Made by a program: the position numbers and the translations under genes
Source: an uncultured Gemmatimonadales bacterium
GTDB taxonomy: Bacteria; Gemmatimonadota; Gemmatimonadetes; Gemmatimonadales; GWC2-71-9
Reading direction: 5' to 3'
Assembly (NCBI GenBank): GCA_963730915.1
Contig: CAVSTR010000003.1
Coordinates: 426,493 to 490,492 of the forward strand
Length of the DNA stretch: 64,000 nucleotides
Notes under the pieces: generated by a model
Databases searched by the model: none
What the model was told of the DNA's origin: nothing
Seen by the model: only the letters and a program-made list of their open reading frames with translations
Shown here: piece by piece, positions 18,612 through 28,943 of the stretch
Layout of the letters: each line of letters starts with the position of its first letter
Position numbering within the stretch: position 1 is the stretch's first letter

Positions 18612-20193
18612 TCAGCGCTTCAGGTTCTGCAACCAGGTCTGGAATTGGTCGAGATCGTCTTTTCCAGCCTCGCCTTTTCCCTGCCGCGGCGGTGTGGGTT
18701 CATTCGGCTGAGAGTTGAAGAACTCATCGAAAGACACATCGGCCTTGGCCTCCGTCTCCGACGATACCGCTGGAGGTGCCGGCAGGCTCTGCTCATCACT
18801 GTAACTCGACTCGAGGAACCCGCCGCCGTTCTGGCCGGCGCTTTCGACTTGGCCCCGTGCTTTCCCGCCTGCCGGCGTTGTCGGCTCCCGCAACTCGAGC
18901 AGACAACATTGATTGAAAGAAGGCGCCGACCGATTGCCCGTTCGTGTCGCGAGCCAGGTACGACCTCGATTTCTGAGGCAGGCCCACCGGGCCAGACTCC
19001 AGCTCCTGGATTCGTCTCTCCAGCTCGGGGCTCGCTCCGTTCCGCCGTACGAGCTCGCGATACACTCGGAGCGCCTCTTCCGGGTGCCCCTGCTTCGCGA
19101 GCACCTCGGCCATCGTTTCAGTCAGCACGAATTCGGCCGCGGCAACCGGCTCTATTTGGCGCTCGTCCGCAATGGCAGGAGCCGGCTCTTTCTCCTCGGC
19201 CGGAGGAGCTGGCCGGGGTGCGGCGAGCCTCGCCGCCACCGACTTCAGGTCCTCGGACGCGTCGGGGACGCTAAACTCAGAGTTTCCCGACACCTCCAGC
19301 ACCACATCTTCGCTCGTCTCGACTCCGAGCCCACCGGTCGCCTCGAGCGGCGGCTGAAACTCGGCGCTGATCAGGCCGGTCAGTGGCTGCACCCCTTCAT
19401 CGGCTGAGCCACTCTCCTCAGTCGCAGGAGAAGCCTGTGACGACGCCGCCGGAGCTTCGGCTTCCTGCTCGGAACCGACCGCAGCTGGTGGCGGCGGCTC
19501 GTAGATGACCTCAGGCTGGTTGATCTCTGGCCTACGATCTCGATGCTTCGGCTCATCCGGCTCGATCGCCTGTCCTTCGGTTGCCATCGTCTCGGGTTCG
19601 GCTTGGCGCTCCTCTGTCGGTGAGGCCAGCTCCACCGGCGGGGCCGGTTCGGCCGCAACGGGCTCCTCCCGAGCTGCGACGGGCTCTGGCGTGAGATCGA
19701 TGATTTCCAGGACCGGAGCCGGCGCTATTTCTTCCGGAGGTGCCGGCTCCGGCGGCGCGCTCGCGAGGGATTGTTTTCCTGCACCGCTTTGCCGGGCCGC
19801 CTCTACGCGCTCAAGCTGCTCCCTGGCCTCCTCGTTGCTGCGATCGATCGCCACCAGCCGGCGCAGCCAGGTCTCTGCCTCGGCGTAACGCTCCTGCCGC
19901 TCGTTGATGTCCGCCAGCGACTTGAGAGCAATGACATTCTCGTCGTCCAGACGCAGGACGTGCGCGAACGCAGCCTCCGCTGCGCCTAGATCACCCTGGT
20001 CCTGGTGACATCGGCCGAGCACGATGCTGGCGGGGATGTAATTGGGATGAAGTTCGAGTCCGGCCGTGAGCAGCTCGAGAGCCCGTGGAACGTCTCCGAT
20101 TTTTCGGTGCACCTCTGCGAGCGGCGCAAAGGTCAGCCCGTGAGGATTTTCGGCGTAACGGCGCTCAAGTTTTTCGATTTCGCTCGTGGCCAT
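18612..20193 (-). pseudogene. TPR-repeat protein with a Pro/Glu-rich centre, one apparent frameshift
   Basis: N-terminal TPRs lie in ORF 18796-20193. The C-terminal tail ...SFDEFF...DDLDQFQTWLQNLKR lies in ORF 18612-18893. The junction is somewhere in 18800-18905. Confidence 0.6.
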
Positions 20194-20384
20194 CGGTTCC
20201 GCTATTCGAGGTCAGAATTCGGCCAGGGAAAAAACCGGTGTGCGTCGCTCCGGGGAGTAGGTGAGAGTAGTGACCGGCGCCCACCGTGTCAACTGCTAAC
20301 CAGAATGGCGCCTTGAGGTTCTGCGTCGGTGGCCTTAATCTTCTGGCTCTTCAGAATCACCCGGGTTGGAGTCCCGATTTCTCT

Positions 20385-22217
20385 ATGATGCAAGCATTCC
20401 GGAACGCGGCCAAACCGATCATGGTGGTGGTCGCAATCACGTTCTTTGCCTGGCTCGTTCTCGACCTGAGCGGCATTACCGGCGGCACAGGCCTGCTGAC
20501 GAATACTTCGGTCGGCAAGGTGAACGGGCAGAGTATCGATGCCCGGACCTACGAGACGATCGTCCAGCAGTCCATCAGCGCGCGCCAGCAACAGAGCCCC
20601 GGGAGCCTTGGACTCGAGGATCAGGAGCAGGTGCGTAATGAAGTCTGGAACCAGATCGTCCAAAGCCGGGTTCTCGAGGCCGAGTACCGTCGCCGCGGGA
20701 TCACGGTCACGGAGGACGAGATCGTTCAGGCCATCAGGAACTCTCCCCTGGCCGAGTTCCAGAACGTGCCTGAATTCCAGACTGACAGTCAGTTCGATCT
20801 GGCCAAGTACCAGCGCTGGCTCACCTCGAGCATTGCCCAGCAGTATCTCCCCAGCCTGGAAGCTCAGTATCGGGAGGAGCTGCAGCGGGCAAAGCTTCTG
20901 CGGGTTGTAACTGCCGATGTCTACCTGTCGGATGCGGCCCTGTGGGAGCGCTATCGGGACGAAAATGAGACGGTGAAGATCGGCCTTACCGCAATCATTC
21001 CCCGGAACGTAGTGGCGGATTCCGCCATCAAGGTCACGGGTGCCGAGGCGGAAGGTTATTACAAGGCCAACAGGGACGAGTTCCAGCGGCCTCGAACGGC
21101 GTACCTGAGCTACGTGGCTCTGGCCAGAGCTACCACCTCAGCGGATACTACCGCCACGCGGGCTCGGGCCGACTCCGTTCGTCAGGAGATAGCGGGCGGC
21201 GCCCCGTTCGCCGAGGTTGCAACCAGAGAATCGGCTGACAGCGCGAGCGCTGCCAAAGGCGGCGACCTCGGCGAGTGGACCAAGGGAGCGATGGACCCCG
21301 CGTTTGACTCCGCTGCGTTTGCCCTGCCGCTCAAGACCGTTTCGAAGCCGGTCCTCTCTCAGTTCGGATATCACCTGATCGAGATCACCAGCCGAAAGGG
21401 GAACAAGGCAAAGGGACGTCACATCCTGTTCCCCATCGAGGTGACCGGAGCTCACCGGGACCGGCTCGATGCTCAGGCCGATAGTCTCGAAAGCCTGGGG
21501 GCAGATCGGACCGATCCGGCCGCGCTGGATACCGTTGCGCGAGCACTCAAGCTGACAATCGGGAAATCGGCACCGGTACAGGAGGGCACGAAGGTCCAGC
21601 TCGGCAACTACGTCGTTCCTGACGCCGGTGTCTGGGCGTTCAGCGGGGTCAAACCTGGCGCGAGCAGTCCCGTCATCGAGACACCGTTTGCCTTCTATCT
21701 CTTCCGGTTGGACAGTCTGCACGATGCCGGAGTGCCCACACTGGCGGAGATCCGGCCGACAGTTGAGCACGCTGTGCGAGAGAAGAAAAAGTGGGACGTG
21801 GCACGACGCATCGCCAAGGATTACCTCAAGCGGGTTGAGGAAGGGAGCACCCTCGAGCAGGCTGCGAAGGCGATGAAGCTGGCTCATCGCGAGTTCGGAC
21901 CCTTCAGCCGGGTGAACCCGCCACTGACCAGTCCGCAGGTGGTGGGTACCGCGTTCGGTCTCGATGCAGGCGAACGCAGCGGGGTGCTCGACACCGAGGA
22001 CGGGCTCTATGTGCTCGAAACGCTGTCGCACACCAAGGCGGACTCGGCCAAGTTCGTGAAGGAGCTCGACCAGTATCGCGCCCGATCGGTGAACATGGCG
22101 CGGCAGGAACGGGTTCGGAGTTATCTAGCGGCGCTTCAGAGTGCGGCGAAGGTCGTGGACAACCGGGCCAAGGTTCTGCAGAGTGGGCCGGCTCAGGATC
22201 AGGCGGCAGCACTATAA
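20385..22217 (+). CDS. periplasmic chaperone / peptidyl-prolyl isomerase (PpiD/SurA-like, parvulin domain)
   Basis: Starts MMQAFRNAAKPIMVVVAITFFAWLVL (TM anchor). The parvulin motif SQFGYHLIEI is present. Confidence 0.8.
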   Translation: MMQAFRNAAKPIMVVVAITFFAWLVLDLSGITGGTGLLTNTSVGKVNGQSIDARTYETIVQQSISARQQQSPGSLGLEDQEQVRNEVWNQIVQSRVLEAEYRRRGITVTEDEIVQAIRNSPLAEFQNVPEFQTDSQFDLAKYQRWLTSSIAQQYLPSLEAQYREELQRAKLLRVVTADVYLSDAALWERYRDENETVKIGLTAIIPRNVVADSAIKVTGAEAEGYYKANRDEFQRPRTAYLSYVALARATTSADTTATRARADSVRQEIAGGAPFAEVATRESADSASAAKGGDLGEWTKGAMDPAFDSAAFALPLKTVSKPVLSQFGYHLIEITSRKGNKAKGRHILFPIEVTGAHRDRLDAQADSLESLGADRTDPAALDTVARALKLTIGKSAPVQEGTKVQLGNYVVPDAGVWAFSGVKPGASSPVIETPFAFYLFRLDSLHDAGVPTLAEIRPTVEHAVREKKKWDVARRIAKDYLKRVEEGSTLEQAAKAMKLAHREFGPFSRVNPPLTSPQVVGTAFGLDAGERSGVLDTEDGLYVLETLSHTKADSAKFVKELDQYRARSVNMARQERVRSYLAALQSAAKVVDNRAKVLQSGPAQDQAAAL

Positions 22218-22336
22218 GGGCGGTAAGGCGGTAGGTCGGCAAGGCGGTATCGCGAGAAGACAAAGAAGCTCCTCATCCCGAGTGAACCTGGGAGAGGAGC
22301 TTCTTTCTGCTCGATCCGCCTTACCGCCCTACCGCC
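22218..22336. repeat. octamer-arm inverted repeat element A
   Basis: The left arm GGGCGGTA AGGCGGTA GGTCGGCA AGGCGGTA (22218-22256) begins on the base after the ppiD TAA. The right arm ctcgatccgccttaccgccctaccgcc (22310-22336) is its imperfect reverse complement. Confidence 0.75.
22262..22306. terminator. bidirectional hairpin between convergent ppiD-like and tatA
   Basis: Perfect 13-bp stem aaagaagctcctc / gaggagcttcttt around a 19-nt loop, with T/C-rich flanks on both strands. Confidence 0.6.
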
Positions 22337-22357
22337 ATCGTCTACTGCGAAAGCCTC

Positions 22358-22591
22358 TTAGGCTCGCCGTTGGGCGGCACGCGGCTGAGTTGCATCAGGC
22401 TGCCGCGGGGGTAGGTTGGCGCGCTGGTCGTCGCTGCTCATGATGGCGTCCTGGGTATCCGAGATGCTGCGCTTGAATTCGCGGATGCCTTTGCCGATGG
22501 ACGCGCCGACCTCCGGCAGCCGCTTGGCGCCGAAGAGGAGCAGTACCACCAGCAGAATGACCATGATCTCGGTGAAGCCAAGGTTACCCAC
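22358..22591 (-). CDS. tatA: twin-arginine translocase subunit TatA/E
   Basis: MGNLGFTEIMVILLVVLLLFGAKRLPEVGASIGKGIREFKRS. Confidence 0.9.
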   Translation of the reverse strand: MGNLGFTEIMVILLVVLLLFGAKRLPEVGASIGKGIREFKRSISDTQDAIMSSDDQRANLPPRQPDATQPRAAQRRA

Positions 22592-22600
22592 GGGGACCTC

Positions 22601-22873
22601 CTAGAAAAGCGATCTCGCGATCAGATACGCCAGCAACACTCCCAGCAGGCTCAGCAGTGACACGTGCAGCCCAACTGGCCCTAGGGTGAAGGATACCACC
22701 AGGAGATCGGCTGAGACAGGGCCGAAGGTGGCGGTCCAGGTGCTGGTAAAGAAGGTCCGTGCCGCGCTCTCGGGGAGGGATTGCCGAACCAGGGCGTTGA
22801 GGGCGCCTCCCGCAACGAACCCGGCGATCAGCACTCCCAGGTAGAACCCGGGGCGACGTGGTCCGGACGGCAT
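22601..22873 (-). CDS. small integral membrane protein (DUF4321-like)
   Basis: 90-aa ORF with two or three hydrophobic segments. Its start overlaps the ispB stop codon by one base. Confidence 0.5.
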   Translation of the reverse strand: MPSGPRRPGFYLGVLIAGFVAGGALNALVRQSLPESAARTFFTSTWTATFGPVSADLLVVSFTLGPVGLHVSLLSLLGVLLAYLIARSLF

Positions 22874-23814
22874 CAGCGCCTGCGATCGATGACATAGGTG
22901 ATACTCGCCCGCAGGGCTTCACGGGCTGCGGAGGGAGCCAGCAGATCGAGCTCCCCCTCCGCCGTCTGGGCCAGGCGCAAGGCTCGCTCCCTGGCATAGT
23001 CGAGTCCGCCGGCTCGGCTCACCGCCATGATCACCTCAGCAATTTGGGAATCGCTCGGCTCGGGTGTCTGCAGCAGCCGGGACACTCCCCGGCGTTCGGC
23101 GTCCGCCATTCGGGGAAGCGCGGCAATCAACGGCAGCGTCACCTTGTGCTCCCGTAGGTCCGAGCCGAAGGGTTTTCCGGTGACGGTTGCATCCTCGGTG
23201 TAGTCGAGCAAATCGTCCACGATCTGGAAAGCCATCCCCAGGGCACCACCGAAGCGGCGCAGGGCGGCCCGCTCGTCCGCACTTGCCCGGAGAGCACCGA
23301 TCTCGCAGGCCCCTGACACGAGCGACGCCGTCTTGGCCTGGATCAGGAGGTCATACTGCTCCTCGGAGAACTCCAGTGGGTCATGCGCCAGAAGCTGCCG
23401 CATCTCGCCCACCGTCATGTCGTTGGTCACCCGGCTCAGCACCCGTAGAGGCTCGAGGTCGCCCAAACCCACCAGCTCGATCACGGCGCGCGAGTACAGA
23501 TAGTCGCCCATGATGACGGAGACCTGATGGCTGAACAGTGAGTTGATCGTGGGCATGCCCCGGCGCAGCACCGAGTGGTCCACCGAATCATCGTGCACCA
23601 GGGTGGCCAGATGGATCAGCTCAACGACCGCGGCCAGACTGGTGGCCCGCGGGTCTTCACCTCCGGTGGCCTCCTCCGCCAGCAGCAGCAGGGTGGGCCG
23701 GAACATCTTTCCCTGCATCTGGAACAAATGCGAATTGACTTCGGTGATCAGGCCGAAATCCGCCTCGACGATCCGGCGGAGCTCGTGCTGCACTCGCTCG
23801 AGGCGGGGCCGCAC
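22873..23814 (-). CDS. ispB: polyprenyl diphosphate synthase (IspB-like)
   Basis: 313-aa ORF with the first DDxxD region LVHDDSVDHSVLRRG and the second, FQIVDDLLD. Confidence 0.9.
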   Translation of the reverse strand: MRPRLERVQHELRRIVEADFGLITEVNSHLFQMQGKMFRPTLLLLAEEATGGEDPRATSLAAVVELIHLATLVHDDSVDHSVLRRGMPTINSLFSHQVSVIMGDYLYSRAVIELVGLGDLEPLRVLSRVTNDMTVGEMRQLLAHDPLEFSEEQYDLLIQAKTASLVSGACEIGALRASADERAALRRFGGALGMAFQIVDDLLDYTEDATVTGKPFGSDLREHKVTLPLIAALPRMADAERRGVSRLLQTPEPSDSQIAEVIMAVSRAGGLDYARERALRLAQTAEGELDLLAPSAAREALRASITYVIDRRR

Positions 23815-23859
23815 ACCCCGCTGAAGATCGTCCAGGGTAATGGGAGCGGTCTGCGAAGC

Positions 23860-26227
23860 TCATTGACGGCGCGCGGCGGTCAGACGCTGAACTCGCTTGC
23901 TCAGATCCATGAAGCTGATGTCCACCACCAGGGCGCGCTCGTAGCTGGTGATCGCATCGGATTCCTTTCCCAAGCGCCTCCGCGGCACGGCCCAGCCAGT
24001 ACAGCAACCCGATCTTGGCATCATCCGAGCCCGGGGTCCCATCGATTGCTCGCCGGAGAATCGACTCACAAACGGCGAACTGTCCCTTCTCGAAAAACGC
24101 CATGCCCAAGGCCTCGGATGTCCGAAGCCGTCCCTCTGGCGAGCGGAGGGCCTTCTGGAACTCTCCAATGGCTTCGTCCAGAAGACCCATCTCCTTGAAA
24201 GCGACACCCAGGTCATAATGGGCTTCGTAGTCGTCTGACTCGAGGTTCTGATCGATGCCGCGCTTGAATTGCTCCAGGATTTCGTGGAACTCGCGCTGCT
24301 CGTCCTGACCCTGGGGGTCCCGCCGGTTCACCCGCATGCGGGTGTCACGCTGATTTTCTTCCTCGAACACCATTGAACCCAGGTCGACGAAATCACCGGA
24401 GGCCGCCGCTGCTGCAGGCTTCCTGGCCGGCGGTGCCTTGGTCGGAGTGGCGGGCGGCGGCTCCGGAGCCGGCTTGGGTGCAGGTGGGGGCGGCTGCGCT
24501 GCCTCGCGCGCCTTGGGTGCAGCGGTAGCTGCGGGTTCAGGTGCAGGCGCAGGCTTGGTTCTGGGTTTTTCGGCGGGGGGCTCGACCTTGCTCTGTGCCG
24601 GCGCGCCCAGTTTGGCGAGAGCTGCGGCCGCACGCACGTGATTCGGGTCGTGCTCGATGACCCTCCCGTACACTGCTATTGCCTTGTCCAGCGCGCCCGA
24701 CTTCGACAGCGCATCGCCGAGCCCGAGGTAGGCCTCCAGCAGCGGACCCCGATCGCCTGCGCGGTACGCCAGCTCGACCCGCTTTTGATGGTGACTGACG
24801 CTATCCGGAGTCAATTGGACCAGGCGATCGGCCATCTCCGCTGCTCGGACCCAATCCTCACGATCCTCGTAGCCAGCGAGTGCCAGGGCCAGCTCTTCCT
24901 CAACCCGTCCCGTGTCACCAGCAGCCGTAAGACCATCGGCCATCGCCAGGTGCACATCAGGGTTTTCCGGGTCGTCCAGAACCCGGTCTTCCAGCTCAGC
25001 CAGCGTCAGCGGCGCTCCAGGCTCCTCTGCCGGGGTGAGGGAGAGTGAGTCCGTCTCAGCTACCTCCGCCATGCTTCGATCCGGATCGGGACTCATCTCC
25101 GGTTCGGCGGGGACATTCAAGACGATCTCATCGTCGGGAAAGGAGACGATGAGATCTCCCGGCACGTCCAACGAGCTGGCGCCGAGGTCGGGTGAGAACT
25201 CGCCGAACGAGGTTCCCTCGATCCCCTCCAGCGGGGTACCCTCGTAAGCGAGGTCAGGGGGTTCCTGCCGCTGAATCTCCAGCGGGGCAGTCAGATCCAC
25301 CGAGCTCAATCCGTCGGCACTGTGATCTTCAACTACCAGCGAATCGACGATCAGATCCTCCATCGGCTCCGCAGCAGGTTCTAGATCGGGCTCGAGCAGA
25401 CTGGGGGGTTCGAGCTGATCCGGTTCGGGTGCCGGCGGAGCAGGAGCGGGAGGTGGAGGTTCTACAGCTCGAGGACGCGCCGGCTCTGGCGCCGGACGAG
25501 ATATGTAGGGCGGCGGTGAAGCGAGTTCTACACCGGTGTCGAGGAAAATCAGATCACTACGGGAAGAGCCTGACTTGGCGGCGGGTGGCGGAACCGGGGC
25601 AGGGGCGGACTCAACCCCATCTGCGGCAGCGCTGCTAAGACGCTCGCGAGCCTTCCTTGCTCCCGCTTTATCGCCGATAGCTTCCAGGTCTTCGGCCATT
25701 TTCTCGAGCTGCTCACGGGCCTCGTCCTCCCGGGAGGTGGCACGCAGCAGCTCCACCAGCATACTCCGGATCTCCTGACTACCCGAGAATTGGTCGGCGA
25801 AGAGCTTGACCGCCTGGAATGCCTGGTCGAGCTGCCCCAGCGCATTCATCCGCTCGAGAAACTCGATCAGATTCCGTTTGGCTTCGATGACGACATTTTT
25901 CCGTGCATGGAGCTGGGACAGCTTCAGATAGGTCTGAGTGCGGCCGGGATTGACTCGCAGGATCTTGCCGCAGAGAGCGATCGCGTTGTTGAAGAATCCT
26001 TGGTCGGCGTAAAGATCTACGGCCCGCTCATATGAGCGCACGGCTTCGGCAGTATCGTTGATCTTGAGATAGAGGTCGCCAACCCGGTTGTACAGGGAAA
26101 GGTCCGGGGCTGTGTCCGCCCCCGACTCGGCCTGTTGGATGGCTTTGAGGTAGACTTCGATGGCTTTTCGCCAGTCCTCCTTTTGCTCCAGCTTGCGCGC
26201 CGTGTCTTTCAGCTTTTCAAGATTCAT
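23860..26227 (-). pseudogene. large TPR protein with an acidic/Pro-Ala-rich linker, one apparent frameshift near the C-terminus
   Basis: Start ATG at 26225-26227 (MNLEKLKDTARKLEQKEDW). The last 40 aa, ESDAITSYERALVVDISFMDLSKRVQRLTAARRQ, lie in ORF 23860-24216. The junction is at about 23963-23975, in a ggg/aaa run. Confidence 0.65.
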
Positions 26228-26328
26228 GCGGCTCGGGCTGAGAAGGAAGTGACTGGGGATAAGAGGCGGAGTGAGCTGAAAGATACCGGGCCTCTGGGGG
26301 GGCAGCAACGGCCAGTTAGGCGCCGGCG

Positions 26329-27859
26329 TCAGCCCGGATCCAGCTCTCCCAACGGCCACGGCCCAGGCGACTCGTTCCAGATCGGGGGCCGGCGGCCGGT
26401 CGGCGTTCAGGGGCGGTACCGGCGGGGACAGGTGCCGGATTCTGTGATACAGCGCCGCCACACCTCTGCCCGGGGTCAGCGGCTTGAGAAACTCCAGCCC
26501 CTGAGCGGCACAGAGCAGCTCCGACCCTACCACCCGCTGGGCGTTGGTGAGGATCCTACCTGCCTTGAACGCAGCCGCCATTCCCATGGGAACGAAATCT
26601 TCCTGGTTGGCGTCGGTCGGGATCGATCCGATGCTGGCCGGCATGGCCAGAGACCGGGACTCCGCTACCAGCGAGGCGGCTGCGATCTGAACCATCATCA
26701 GCCCGGACGACAAGCCCGGGATCGCTGGGTGAGAAACGCCGGGAGTCCCTGAGAGAGATCCGGGTTTACCAGCCGCTCCACCCGCCGCTCGGCAATGGCC
26801 TGCAAGGTCGTCAGCGTCAGCGCCAGGATATCGAGCGCCTGCGCTACCGGCTGCCCGTGGAAATTTCCTCCGGAGATGACATCCCCGTTCTCGAACACCA
26901 GTGGATTGTCGGTGGAGGCGTTGAGCTCGACCTCCACTGTCTCTTCGGCGAAACGAATCGCGTCAGCGACCGCCCCGAGGACCTGTGGCGCACATCGCAG
27001 GCTGTAGGCATCCTGCACCCGCGGGTCGTTCTCCCGATGCGACTCGCGAATCTCGCTGTCATCCAGCAATGCTCGCATCAGAGCCGCCGCTCGGATCTGT
27101 CCTCGATGAGGACGGGCTGCGTGAATCCTGGGGTCCAGCGGCGTCGGGCGTTCCTCTGAGTGCCTCCAGGCTCATCGCCGCCGCCCCTACAGCCGTCCGC
27201 CAGAACACGTCGGCGTCGTGGACCATCAGCGCGAGCAATGCGGTCTGCGCCTGCGTGCCATTGATGAAGGCAAGGCCTTCTTTGGGCGCAAAGCGGTAGG
27301 GCTCGAGACCGGCCGCAGACAGCGCCGCCGCCGCAGGGCCCAACGCCCCGCTCAAGGTGAGAACCTGACCCTCCCCCATGAGCGCCAGTCCGATGTGACT
27401 CAATGGCGCCAGGTCGCCACTGGCGCCCACACTTCCCTGCTCCGGCACCAGCGGCATTACACCGGCATTGAGCATGGCAACGAGCGCCTCAACCAGCTCC
27501 GGTCTTACCCCGCTGGTAGGCCGAAGCAGCACGTTCGCTCGAAGCAGCATGACGGCACGCACCACCGGGACGGGAAGAGGATTCCCCAGACCAGCGGCGT
27601 GACTGCGAATGAGATTGGTTTGAAGCTGATCGAGTTGGTGCGGGGGAATTCGAACGTTGGCGAGCTTGCCGAACCCGGTGTTGATGCCGTAGATGGTCTG
27701 GTTGGATTGGATGGCCTGCTCTACCCTGCCTCTGCTCTCAACCAGTGCTCGGCGCGCAGCGGGGTGCAGGCTGACCGCAACGCCTGGATCTCGGGCAACC
27801 CTCACCACATCGTCGATCGTGAGTGACTCGCCATCAAGCACACATTTTGATTCGGGCAT
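26329..27859 (-). pseudogene. hutH: histidine ammonia-lyase family, three apparent frameshifts
   Basis: The MIO motif GSVGASGDLAPLSH is present. The gene is split over ORFs 27059-27907, 26698-27078 and 23657-26713. Junctions are at about 27136-27142, 26716-26735 and 26345. The inferred stop is TGA at 26329-26331. Confidence 0.8.
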
Positions 27860-27869
27860 GGCCCGAAGT

Positions 27870-28761
27870 TTACGCCGATTCAACCCTGCTGTTGCTGTCT
27901 TGCCCACTCAACAGCATGGGATTCCCACGGTCAGTCTGGAACGCCCAATCGAGAATCAGGAAGGTCTGCCCCACGTGAGTCACCCGGATGGCGCCATATC
28001 GCAGAAAGCCGTCCCCGCCATCGGTCTCGAAGACGTAGCCAAAGCCGGGTGAAGCCTCGATGGGCGAAGCAGTATAGGGGGCACAGCCGTCAGGACTCGC
28101 ATCCGCGATACAGGGCGCGAACGAAACACTGGTGAGATCCTCGACCGGGCACATCCGAGTAGAACTCGACGCCTGTGCCCGGCCGAACCGGTGTCAGAAA
28201 CACGGAGCCGGTCCCATCCCGCTCGACGGCAAAAGTCGATGTCGGCTGCGCTGCCCCGAGCGGACCAGCGCAAGCTCGCCGTCCTGCACCAGCTGATCGC
28301 CGTTGAAATCATCCCAGAAACGGAAGCCACTGCCGGCGTCCTGGGTCTGCATAACGTTGAGGACCAGGTTGCGACTGTCCGGCCTGGGCGTGTCGGAGAC
28401 GATCGTGGATCGGGCGCTCTCCGCACCTTCGACCGACCGGGCGCTCACGGCAAAGCAGCGGGGAACTCCATTGGTCAGCGCACCAACCACGAACTCAGGT
28501 GCAACTGTGGTTCCTTCGAGGGCCCAGGTGTTTCCGCATACATCGTTATCGAGGTCGTAACTCGTGCTGTAGATCCGGTACGCGGCGAAGTTCGCGGGGT
28601 CGGCGAGATAGGAATTATCGTCCCAGAGAAGGGCCACGGCCTGGTCAAGCGTGGTGCTCTCGAGGTTAGCTGGAACATCGGGCGGAATACCCGGTGCGGT
28701 CCGATCGGATGAGCATGCCAGCGCTCAGACCGAGGAAAACCGGCGCGAACCAGCCCCGCAT
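27870..28761 (-). pseudogene. hypothetical lipoprotein, at least three apparent frameshifts
   Basis: MRGWFAPVFLGLS, then the lipobox LALAC, then ...LLWDDNSYLADPANF..., then STFAVERDGTGSVFLTPVRPGTGVEFYSD, then CPVEDLTSVSF...ILDWAFQTDRGNPMLL. Junctions are at about 28725, 28255 and 28155. Confidence 0.5.
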
Positions 28762-28817
28762 ACACTTGCTCCAGAGAGGGATAGCAGGAGGCCCGGCAGA
28801 TCGCGTGCCAGGATAGT

Positions 28818-28918
28818 AGCGGGGCAGCGGGGCGGCGAGGCGGTGCGTTGCAGCTGTAACTCAGGCCAAGGACGTGAGCTATGTGCTTACCCATGCCCCG
28901 CTGCCCCGCTGCCCCGCC
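28818..28918. repeat. octamer-arm inverted repeat element B
   Basis: AGCGGGGC AGCGGGGC GGCGAGGC GG (28818-28843) pairs with tGCCCCGCT GCCCCGCT GCCCCGCC (28894-28918) across a 50-nt spacer. Confidence 0.75.
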
Positions 28919-28943
28919 TTTGTTGTCACCCCGCGAGGACACG

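Noticed and set aside
20350-20384. tRNA-like T-arm (ccgggTTGGAGTcccga) upstream of the ppiD-like gene
   Set aside because: The loop lacks the canonical TTCRA. There is no matching acceptor stem (agagaaa is absent upstream), and no D or anticodon arms could be built.
23657-26713. 1018-aa ORF taken at face value as one giant protein
   Set aside because: It is a chimera. The hutH C-terminus is joined by a missed stop to the TPR gene. After a frameshift near 23965 it continues into an out-of-frame read across the spacer and the 5' end of ispB.
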